53,075 nucleotides of DNA from Armatimonadota bacterium (lineage in GTDB: Bacteria > Armatimonadota > UBA5829 > DTLH01). Positions 38,230-46,116 of the stretch are shown in pieces. Where the stretch lies: positions 1-53,075 of the forward strand of contig JBBRAE010000020.1 in NCBI GenBank assembly GCA_038207085.1. Direction: 5' to 3'. The notes below the pieces were generated by a model. It worked only from the letters and a program-made list of their open reading frames with translations, had not been told where the DNA came from and searched no databases. The translations under genes and the position numbers were made by a program. How positions within the stretch are numbered: the stretch's first letter is position 1; each line of letters begins with the position of its first letter.

Positions 38230-39362
38230 TAAATCGCAAAATCAAAGTTATGACCGTCTTCGGGACGAGGCCGGACGCTATCAAGATGGCGCCGGTCGTC
38301 CTTGAGTTTCTGAAACACACCGATAAGGTTGAGCTCGTTGTCGCCGTCACCGGACAGCACCGCGAGATGCTCGACCAAGTCCTTGGCGCGTTTGGGATCG
38401 ACCCCGACTACGACCTCGGCATCATGACCGCCCGTCAGTCGATATCGGGGATGACCTGCCGCGCGCTTGAGGGGCTTGACCCGATCATCTCAGACGTTCA
38501 GCCCGATATTCTGATTGCCCAAGGTGACACGACGACTACGTTCGTCGCAAGCCTTGCCGCGTTTTACCACAAAGTCGCGTTCGGACATGTGGAAGCGGGG
38601 CTTCGCACGGATAACAAGTACGATCCGTTTCCTGAGGAGATGAACCGTCGGTTGACTGGTGTCCTTGCCGACCTTCATTTTGCCCCGACCGAGGCCTCCC
38701 GACAGAACCTGCTGGCACAGGGAACGCCTGACAATAATATTTACATTACCGGCAATACCGTGATCGACGCTCTCTTGTTCGTGGCGGGCAAAAAGCACTC
38801 CTTTGAAGACGAAGCGATTACCCGGGCGACATCAGACGGCAAGCGCGTGATACTCGTCACCGCCCATCGACGCGAGAACTGGGGAGAGCCGATCAAGAAC
38901 ATCTGCAGGGCGGTCAAAGAGATCGTCAGGCTTCACCCGGACACCGTCGCGATCTTCTCTATGCACAAGAACCCAGTCGTGCGTGAAGTGATCATACCGG
39001 AGCTTTCAGGAGTGGACCGGGTCCATCTGATCGAGCCGCCGGATTATGTGCCGTTTGTTCACCTCATGAAGTCCGCAAGTATTATCCTCACGGATTCGGG
39101 TGGAGTGCAGGAAGAGGCTCCCGCGCTGGGTAAACCCGTCCTGGTGCTTCGGAACACGACGGAACGCCCCGAAGGCGTCGACGCCGGAAATGCTAAACTC
39201 ATTGGAGCCGACACCGACCGAATCGTCGCCGAAACAGGGAAACTTTTAACAGACTCAACTGAGTATAAGAAGATGTCTAGTGTCGCGAACCCCTACGGTG
39301 ACGGACTCGCCGCCAAGCGAATCGTAGAATCCGTAATCGAGTATTTTGAAGGCAGGATATGA
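38226..39362 (+). CDS. wecB: UDP-N-acetylglucosamine 2-epimerase (non-hydrolysing)
   Basis: FGTRP..IKMAP, TGQH, HVEAGLR, PEE.NR, DSGGVQEEA and NPYGDG motifs. Confidence 0.97.
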   Translation: MINRKIKVMTVFGTRPDAIKMAPVVLEFLKHTDKVELVVAVTGQHREMLDQVLGAFGIDPDYDLGIMTARQSISGMTCRALEGLDPIISDVQPDILIAQGDTTTTFVASLAAFYHKVAFGHVEAGLRTDNKYDPFPEEMNRRLTGVLADLHFAPTEASRQNLLAQGTPDNNIYITGNTVIDALLFVAGKKHSFEDEAITRATSDGKRVILVTAHRRENWGEPIKNICRAVKEIVRLHPDTVAIFSMHKNPVVREVIIPELSGVDRVHLIEPPDYVPFVHLMKSASIILTDSGGVQEEAPALGKPVLVLRNTTERPEGVDAGNAKLIGADTDRIVAETGKLLTDSTEYKKMSSVANPYGDGLAAKRIVESVIEYFEGRI

Positions 39363-40492
39363 GAATAACCAGAGTCGAGTCTAATCTCAGTGTAATCTCG
39401 GGCCTTTTGGTGCGCATCACGCTTGCGGTGGCGCTTGGGTATTTTCTGTGGCGCGTGCGAAGCGTGCTCGTGATGGTAATCATCTCCGCTATGCTTGCCT
39501 ACTGCCTGCTGCCGATGGTCGATTTCCTCACCAACAAGCGGTTTCTCCCGATTGGCAGGCAAAGCAGGAGGCTGTTATCGACCGTTCTTGTATTCGTAGC
39601 CTTTTTCGCTCTGATATGGGCATCAGTCTCTCTGTTTATGACTCCATTTGAGTTGGAAGCTGCCAAGATGAGAGATTCTTTCGCTTCCTACACCGATCAG
39701 TTGCAATCAAGTATCGCACACGCGCAGAAGTGGTATAACAACCTTCCTGTAGATATGCAGAAGTTCCTGGGGCAGCAGAACTTTTCAAAGATCGGCGACA
39801 ACGCGAGCGGTTTCGCCCAGCGCGTAGTTGCAAGCACGTTTCACTGGATCAAGAACATCTGGGAGATCATTTTGATCCCCGTGCTCGCATTCTACTTCGT
39901 GCTGGACAGCAGATCACTCAAGCGAGAGTTCCTGGCGATGCTTCCTCCGTGGCGTATGCGAGAAGCTATAAAGCTCACCTCGCGGGTCAGTGGCATCGTC
40001 CAAAGCTATATTATCGGCCAAATCATACTCTGTATAACTGCGGGAGTCCTCACGGGGGTCGTCCTACATCTCCTTGATATGCCCTATGTGCTGGTGCTCT
40101 CAGTGTTTGCGGGGATCACACGCGCGATACCCGTCGTAGGCCCAATCATTTCGGGCATTCCTATCTGCATACTGGGCGCGCTGCAGGCCCCGGAGCTTGG
40201 CGCCGCGCTTTTGATTTTTGTAGTAGTGCTGCACTTCGTCGAGAGCAAGTTCCTTATGCCGATACTGCTCGGCGAGCGAATGAAGCTGCATCCCGCAGTT
40301 ATTTTGATCGTGCTTTTGATCGGCGCGGAGTTCTTCGGCCTTATGGGGATGTTTCTTTCGGCCCCAGTTGCGGCTATTATCAGAGAGTTCGTCAACTTCT
40401 ACATCGTGGCCCCTCGACGCCGCAAGCTTCGCGCAACGTCGATAATGAGCGGCACACACAAATCGGACCTTGTTAGATCGGAGACTTTGTAA
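39359..40492 (+). CDS. AI-2E family transporter
   Basis: AYCLLP, FYFVLD, IP.VG, E...P..LG...LHP and G..G.FL..P motifs. Confidence 0.9.
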   Translation: MRITRVESNLSVISGLLVRITLAVALGYFLWRVRSVLVMVIISAMLAYCLLPMVDFLTNKRFLPIGRQSRRLLSTVLVFVAFFALIWASVSLFMTPFELEAAKMRDSFASYTDQLQSSIAHAQKWYNNLPVDMQKFLGQQNFSKIGDNASGFAQRVVASTFHWIKNIWEIILIPVLAFYFVLDSRSLKREFLAMLPPWRMREAIKLTSRVSGIVQSYIIGQIILCITAGVLTGVVLHLLDMPYVLVLSVFAGITRAIPVVGPIISGIPICILGALQAPELGAALLIFVVVLHFVESKFLMPILLGERMKLHPAVILIVLLIGAEFFGLMGMFLSAPVAAIIREFVNFYIVAPRRRKLRATSIMSGTHKSDLVRSETL

Positions 40493-41335
40493 GTGACTCC
40501 TTCCATATTTCAGGCAATAGTGCTCGGTGTCGTCCAAGGAATCACCGAGTTTCTACCAATTAGCAGTACCGGCCACCTCAGGCTTATCCCCAGGCTCCTC
40601 GGCTGGAGCGACTCTGGGATCGCTTTTGATGCCGCCCTTCATACCGGAACCCTGATCGCGGTGCTTCTCTACTTCCGGAAGGACTGGGTCGACATTCTAC
40701 GCGGAGTGCTGTTCCCCTCAATGGACCTCGGACCCAATACCGGTCGCAGGATGTTCTTCGGCGTGATAATCGGCACAATACCCGTCGGCATCGCATATCT
40801 TCTTCTCAATGGCACTATCTCGAAGCTTGAGCACGGGCGCGAATATGACAGGCTAGTCATGGGAATCGTTGCGACGATGCTGATTGTAGTCGCGATTCTG
40901 ATGAGCGTAGCTGATCGTATGGGCCGCAAGAACCGCACCAAGCTCGCACAGATTGGCCCCAGGGACTGGATACCGATCGGCATAGCCCAAGCGCTTGCGA
41001 TCATCCCCGGCGTGTCGCGCTCCGGTGCGACGATCAGCGCTGGCCTTGCGCGCGGACTCAGCCGTGAGAACGCTGCACGGTTCTCATTCTTGCTGTCAAC
41101 GCCTGCATTCGTTGTTGGGGCGCTGAAGGCCATCAAGGACACAGCCGACGCGGGGTTCTCCAAGTCGGTTGTTCTTCCGGCAGTTGTTGGGGCACTATCC
41201 TCAGCGCTCGTCGGGATACTCGTGATCAAGTTCCTGCTTGACTACCTGCAGAGGCGCGGGCTTGGGGTGTTTGTGTGGTACAGAATCGTGCTTGGAGTGG
41301 TGATTATCACACTTCTGCTGACTCATGTGATCTGA
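40493..41335 (+). CDS. uppP: undecaprenyl-diphosphate phosphatase
   Basis: QGITEFLPISSTGH, PGVSRSGAT and FSFLLS motifs. Confidence 0.96.
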   Translation: MTPSIFQAIVLGVVQGITEFLPISSTGHLRLIPRLLGWSDSGIAFDAALHTGTLIAVLLYFRKDWVDILRGVLFPSMDLGPNTGRRMFFGVIIGTIPVGIAYLLLNGTISKLEHGREYDRLVMGIVATMLIVVAILMSVADRMGRKNRTKLAQIGPRDWIPIGIAQALAIIPGVSRSGATISAGLARGLSRENAARFSFLLSTPAFVVGALKAIKDTADAGFSKSVVLPAVVGALSSALVGILVIKFLLDYLQRRGLGVFVWYRIVLGVVIITLLLTHVI

Positions 41336-42341
41336 GAGCTTCACGAATCTCTTCCATTACCGACTCGTCAGTCTCGCTCTCAAGCGCGGAGTGAAGCGGC
41401 TGCATCGCCTGATCACCACCGATCTGACCCAATGCCCAGGCCACGTGCGATCGCACCAAAGGTTGAGGGTCACGCATCGCCTCGGATAGTGCCGGAATTG
41501 CCGACTCGTCACCCGCGTTACCGAGTGCCACGGCGGCGTTTCTACGAAGCCTTGAGCGGCCTATCCAAGACATCGTCGTCGGCTTGACCAGCCGATCGTA
41601 GTCCCCTTTGTTCATCCCAAGAAGCGCGATCAGGTCAGGCGTTGCGCCGAGCCCGGTGTCGTCTTCCAACACCCTACCAGCGACGCCCACGTTCTTCGGG
41701 CACACCTCCTGGCAGGTGTCACAGCCATAAATACGGTCACCCAAGAACGGGCGAAGCTCGCGGGGAATGCTCCCCTTCATCTGTGTGAGCTGTGAGACGC
41801 ATCTGCGGCGATCGACGACGAACGGATCGACGATTGCCCCGCTGGGGCACGCTTCTATACACTTCGAACAGCTGCCGCATGTTTGCTTGGGAGCAGGTTC
41901 GTCAAAGTCGAGTAATATGTCGGTTACAAGTTCTCCCAGGACGACCCACGAGCCGGATTCCGGGGTTATGATTGTTGCGTTCTTGCCGTAGGAGCCGACT
42001 CCTGCCTCACGAGCTGCGGCGCGGTCGACTATCGGGCCAGTGTCCACACAGGTCCCCCAGTTCGCTTCGTTCACCTCAGCCGACAGCCATTCCCCAAGTG
42101 CACGAAGCCTGTCTCCGACTTCTTTATGGTAATCTCGACCGCAGGCGAAGCGTGCAACTCTTCCCCGAAGACCTTCGGGAGCGTTGGCGTTAAGTGTAGC
42201 GTAGGGAAAGGCAACGGAGACGATCGATCTTGCGCCTGGGAGGCATTTCTGAGACGTGCCAAAGGCCTCGGCACTGGTTACTCCAACCGCCGAGAAACCA
42301 AGCGTGTGGGCTCGTTCTTTCAGTCGTTCCGTCAACTCCAT
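41307..42341 (-). CDS. queG: epoxyqueuosine reductase with a C-terminal HEAT-like repeat
   Basis: GRDYH, VDTGP, CGSCSKCIEACP, YGCDTCQEVCP and RNAAVALGN motifs. Confidence 0.94.
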   Translation of the reverse strand: MELTERLKERAHTLGFSAVGVTSAEAFGTSQKCLPGARSIVSVAFPYATLNANAPEGLRGRVARFACGRDYHKEVGDRLRALGEWLSAEVNEANWGTCVDTGPIVDRAAAREAGVGSYGKNATIITPESGSWVVLGELVTDILLDFDEPAPKQTCGSCSKCIEACPSGAIVDPFVVDRRRCVSQLTQMKGSIPRELRPFLGDRIYGCDTCQEVCPKNVGVAGRVLEDDTGLGATPDLIALLGMNKGDYDRLVKPTTMSWIGRSRLRRNAAVALGNAGDESAIPALSEAMRDPQPLVRSHVAWALGQIGGDQAMQPLHSALESETDESVMEEIREALRSHESAEV

Positions 42342-42349
42342 TACGCAAT

Positions 42350-42378
42350 ACTATATCACGCGTGAAATTGAGGAGCAA
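42350..42378 (-). promoter_or_regulatory. own sigma70 promoter of queG (near-leaderless)
   Basis: TTGCTC-N17-TATAGT with TG extension; the -10 element ends 8 nt before the ATG. Confidence 0.55.
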
Positions 42379-42384
42379 CCGGGA

Positions 42385-42648
42385 CTATGGACAAAGCCCA
42401 GTTTTGCCGTAATTTTCTTCGAGGTAGGCGATTATCGCGTCGTCATCGTCGGCGATTACCGTCCCGTCCTCGGTCAGCAGTGTGGGGACTCCCATCTGGC
42501 CGGACACCTCTATCAACTCTTTGCGGTCGGGTTTCGCCCGCGAGACGTTGATGTTGATGTAGGTTAGGCAGAGATCCGTCATCTTTGCCCTGACCCGTGC
42601 ACAGTAGGGGCACCATTCCACCTGGTACAGTTTCATCATCTCAGCCAT
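42385..42648 (-). CDS. glutaredoxin/GST-N-like protein
   Basis: WCPYC, SGQ.GVPTL and IIAYL motifs. Confidence 0.9.
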   Translation of the reverse strand: MAEMMKLYQVEWCPYCARVRAKMTDLCLTYININVSRAKPDRKELIEVSGQMGVPTLLTEDGTVIADDDDAIIAYLEENYGKTGLCP

Positions 42649-42666
42649 TGCTTCTCTTACTCCAAC

Positions 42667-43596
42667 TCAACCCAGTTCGTGCTCTTCGCCACCAAAATCT
42701 CGGTAACTAAGAGCCTCAGTATCCCAGAACTCAAGCGGCACGGGAATCTTACCGCTCCCGTTGGGCGTGTCTACCACATACGTAGGGCACGCAATGCCGC
42801 TCAAACTCCTGCGAAGCGCGGTCATCAGCCTGCGCTCCTTCTCCCGGTCTACCTTAAAGTGCCCCGCACCTGCGACGGGGTCACACCTGTAAATGTAGTA
42901 TGGCCTCACTCCATTCTGGACAAGCGTTGAGAACAACTCGTAAAGCGTGTCGAAGTCGTCGTTGACTCCGGCCAGAAACACGGTCTGGCTGTAGAGTATC
43001 GCCCCAGACATTCGAAGCTTGTTCAGGGCTACGATTGTGTCGTCGGTAAGCTCCGCCGGATGCTCGAAGTGCACCCCCACATACACGGGCTGAGAAAGAG
43101 CGGCAATCACATCGAGCTTCGCTTCCCTAACGGCCTCAGGAGCCGTCACAGGCACTCTGGTGCCGATACGGACGACCTTCACCGTCGGCACACCAGATAT
43201 CGACCGAAGCGCGAGGGCGAACAGTTCATCAGAGACTACAAACGGGTCGCCGCCGGAGACGATCACCTCCGTTACCTCGGGATGCGCACGGAGATACTCG
43301 GTCCAGCGATCTATATCTGCTTCACCCATCCTGCCGCGCTCGATGTCTGAGACCATGCGGCGACGCGTGCAGAACCTGCAATACGCGGCGCACTCGGCGG
43401 TCAAGAGACAAAGCGCCCGGTTGGGGTATTTGTGGATCAAGCCACGGACAACCTGATGGGATTCTTCAAGTAACGGGTCCAGCAACTCCCCAGGGGCGCG
43501 CGCATCCTCATCGTCGACGGCTACAAACTGCCGTGCGACAGCCGGTTCCCGCGCCATCAGTGTTTCTATATGCCCAGATATTTTCTCAAGCATCAC
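42667..43596 (-). CDS. KamA family radical SAM/PLP aminomutase (short form)
   Basis: HKYPNR, CAAYCRFCTRRR, SGGDP, RIGTRVP, HFEHP, PYYIYRCD and YVVDTPNGSGKIP motifs. Confidence 0.92.
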   Translation of the reverse strand: MMLEKISGHIETLMAREPAVARQFVAVDDEDARAPGELLDPLLEESHQVVRGLIHKYPNRALCLLTAECAAYCRFCTRRRMVSDIERGRMGEADIDRWTEYLRAHPEVTEVIVSGGDPFVVSDELFALALRSISGVPTVKVVRIGTRVPVTAPEAVREAKLDVIAALSQPVYVGVHFEHPAELTDDTIVALNKLRMSGAILYSQTVFLAGVNDDFDTLYELFSTLVQNGVRPYYIYRCDPVAGAGHFKVDREKERRLMTALRRSLSGIACPTYVVDTPNGSGKIPVPLEFWDTEALSYRDFGGEEHELG

Positions 43597-44980
43597 CTTT
43601 GACCATACAGGGCGCCATCACAGCGTCCACCATCCCGTGGATCAGCTTCTTGTCCGGAGGAACCACGGTGGCAAGCGCCCCTGCAAGACTCGCCTCGCCC
43701 CCAGTCACGTAGTAGTAAGGGCTGAGCCGTACACGCCCTTTTGACTCGACAACACTCTCGCTGCTCTGATCGAAATACCTTACTTGGACTTTCTTCCCCT
43801 CGTGAAAACGTTGCAAAACGTAGGGAAGGCTCCAGAAACCCGAAAACGCCCGATCAAGCGCAGCCGACCACTCATCCCCCGACACGTCGTGGCCGATCAC
43901 CACCCCGTGCCCTCCCCATGCAAGCGGAGAGAACCCCGAGGGCTTGATGACGAGGCGGCGTTCCTTTTGGGTCCCCTCCCCAATCACCCGCCAGTCCCGG
44001 ACGGGCTTTCCCCGGAATGTGAACCCCGAGATCTCGGCATGTGGAGGCACAGGGCGCGGGTCGAGAATCCAAGTATTTGGCACTACCTGTTTCATTAGGG
44101 CAAATTGCTCCGCCCCAAGCTCTGAAACCCAAAACTCCCCGAGGCCGGGGTGATGTAGCAGGGCAAGGAGCGACTTTTCCTCCATGTGATGCTTATATGG
44201 CGGAGTAACCACCACCCGCCGCTTCTTCGCCGCATAAGCAACAAGCTCGGACTTCGGGATGTTCTTCAGATCAAAGAGCTCAAAAAAACGATATAGGACG
44301 TCCAGATGAACGCCTTCTAAAAAGAGCCCATCTTCGGTAAACGTAAGTTCTTCAGGGCGAACAGACCACACGCGACGCCCCCTGCGCCGCAGCTCAGAAG
44401 CGATCCAGGACATCTCCGCAAGATAACCCGCCGACTCATCGGAGACCACAATCGCAACCGCAGGGTCGTCGATTCCCGCAGCGTCTCTTAGCATTGCGTC
44501 GAACCCGTCGATCATCCCCCGAGACCCACCAAGAATATCGAACCCGGCCTCCCCGTAGGCTGTGGACATCGCATCTAGCTGGCCCATCCCGCCGGGAACA
44601 CTGTCTAGCTCAGTGATCTTCGGCCCGTCCTCGGTCAAGATCACGTCCGGGCGGATTATACCGGGGAGACGACGCTTCTGGTAGTTCATATGGGAGTGCT
44701 CGACAGTCGACTCAGGCTTGCCGATATCGAGGTACTCGTTCACCCATGAAAACAGCCCGCGCAGGTAGAGGGAGTTTGCTGCGCGATAGAATGCAAGAAG
44801 CGCCGGGCCAAGCCGATGCAGAAGCGTTACCAGTTCAGGGTCAAGCGCAAATGGCTCGGGCGACACCCGCCATACGCGACGTTCGTTCGCCCCACCTGGT
44901 ATCTGCCATACTCCTCGCGCCCACATTTCATCTGCAACACGCTTGCACACGGCCGCATCGGACTGTGTCTTCAACAACAT
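43586..44980 (-). CDS. circularly permuted/glutathionylspermidine-synthetase-like ATP-grasp ligase
   Basis: IRPD...ELDSVPGG, YRFFE, EK..LALLH, P.TW, VIKPSG...GGHGVVIG, YVLQRF and RLSPY motifs; ATG 44980 after GGGGAAGAG. Confidence 0.75.
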   Translation of the reverse strand: MLLKTQSDAAVCKRVADEMWARGVWQIPGGANERRVWRVSPEPFALDPELVTLLHRLGPALLAFYRAANSLYLRGLFSWVNEYLDIGKPESTVEHSHMNYQKRRLPGIIRPDVILTEDGPKITELDSVPGGMGQLDAMSTAYGEAGFDILGGSRGMIDGFDAMLRDAAGIDDPAVAIVVSDESAGYLAEMSWIASELRRRGRRVWSVRPEELTFTEDGLFLEGVHLDVLYRFFELFDLKNIPKSELVAYAAKKRRVVVTPPYKHHMEEKSLLALLHHPGLGEFWVSELGAEQFALMKQVVPNTWILDPRPVPPHAEISGFTFRGKPVRDWRVIGEGTQKERRLVIKPSGFSPLAWGGHGVVIGHDVSGDEWSAALDRAFSGFWSLPYVLQRFHEGKKVQVRYFDQSSESVVESKGRVRLSPYYYVTGGEASLAGALATVVPPDKKLIHGMVDAVMAPCMVKGDA

Positions 44981-45011
44981 CTCTTCCCCACCCATAAACT
45001 CGTCTGTTTTT

Positions 45012-45037
45012 TTACCCACACTGTTGCACGCTCAAAC
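45012..45037 (-). promoter_or_regulatory. SigB/SigF-like promoter of the ATP-grasp operon
   Basis: GTTTGA-N14-GGGTAA, about 30 nt upstream of ATG 44980. Confidence 0.6.
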
Positions 45038-45053
45038 ACGGTCGGGGAGGCAC

Positions 45054-45089
45054 AAAAAAAATTGGGACGACACAGATTGTGCCGTCCCA
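45054..45089 (-). terminator. strong intrinsic terminator
   Basis: TGGGACGGCACA-ATC-TGTGTCGTCCCA followed by A and T8 on the minus strand. Confidence 0.85.
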
Positions 45090-45129
45090 CATCGATGCTA
45101 GTTGGTCAATTGCCATGCATTACGCCATT

Positions 45130-45184
45130 CGGGATTCGGAAATCCCGTCTTAGCTTTGGGGTGGCGATTCGGAAATCGCCACCC
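45130..45184. repeat. two hairpins sharing a GATTCGGAAATC apex
   Basis: CGGGATTCGGAAATCCCG (45130-45147) and GGGTGGCGATTCGGAAATCGCCACCC (45159-45184). Confidence 0.7.
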
Positions 45185-45223
45185 AACAACGTCCCATGTT
45201 GATATCAGAAATATCTGCCCGAA

Positions 45224-46102
45224 CTATTTGGCAAGCTTAGGTTTTGCAGGAGCTTTCGCCGGCTTCGGAGCCGGTTTGGGCTCAGACTTGGGAGGAGCGC
45301 TTGCCGCAGGTTGCTCGATGGCTTCCTCAGGGGCTTGCGCGGCTACCTCGACGATGTCCTCGGCGGGAAGCACCACTGGGATTATGCTGTCCGTCAAGTT
45401 GCTCGATCTTCCGCTGGCGGGGGACATTCTAAGCAGGCTGATTCCGATTATCTTGCCGTCAAGTGAACCAACCGGCCCCCCGGTCTCGCCATTTAAACTT
45501 ACCACGTAGAACCTGCGCGGCTTCTCAAGCACCGCCTGTATCCGCGGCATGTTGACAGCAATCGAGCGGTTCGCCACTTTGCCGAGGCGGGTGATCGCTA
45601 CCACCTGATCGAGCACGTCGGCGCGCACGCTGTCTTTGAGATCGACGTACTTCCACGGCTCCTTCGGCTTGACAGCAGGCCTTACGAACGCAAGATCGAG
45701 ATCCTTGTCGCGGAGAACTATCTTAGCGGGCGTCTCGGTGCCGTCGCTGTGACGAATCTTCACGTCCGTGATCTGTGTGCTGATTGAAGGCCTATCCTCA
45801 CCCCCACCCATCAGGCTGTCAATTACGTCGTCCGGACTCACCGAGCTAAGAGAGACAACCGTCAGGCCCGAGGGGTCGACTACTGTGCCGACAGTGTCCC
45901 CCTTCTCCTCACGTTTGTTACTCTCTCCGCCATAGGACATGGTCATCTTGATGACCAACTGCACACTAACGACAGCGTCGCTCCACTTGTTGCAGACTGC
46001 TCTGCCAGCGACCACGTCAGGCGCCTGATCGGCACACACCGAGGTGGCAATTAAACACGAGGCCAATAAAGCCATTTTTACTGCACTTGAAATACTAATC
46101 AC
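45224..46102 (-). CDS. secreted trypsin-like fold protein lacking the catalytic His/Ser (pseudo-protease); start uncertain
   Basis: GTVVDPSGLTVVS, RDKDLDLAFVR and GETGGPV..LDGKIIGI motifs; Pro/Ala/Lys-rich tail. Confidence 0.7.
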   Translation of the reverse strand: MISISSAVKMALLASCLIATSVCADQAPDVVAGRAVCNKWSDAVVSVQLVIKMTMSYGGESNKREEKGDTVGTVVDPSGLTVVSLSSVSPDDVIDSLMGGGEDRPSISTQITDVKIRHSDGTETPAKIVLRDKDLDLAFVRPAVKPKEPWKYVDLKDSVRADVLDQVVAITRLGKVANRSIAVNMPRIQAVLEKPRRFYVVSLNGETGGPVGSLDGKIIGISLLRMSPASGRSSNLTDSIIPVVLPAEDIVEVAAQAPEEAIEQPAASAPPKSEPKPAPKPAKAPAKPKLAK

Positions 46103-46116
46103 AATGTTCTCCCAGT

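Noticed and set aside
41307..42341. queG as a fourth member of the aminomutase operon
   Set aside because: It has its own sigma70-like promoter directly upstream and a known housekeeping role.
45054..45220. Riboswitch controlling the ATP-grasp operon
   Set aside because: No recognisable aptamer consensus; a separate promoter lies downstream of the terminator, so the hairpin more simply ends the protease operon.
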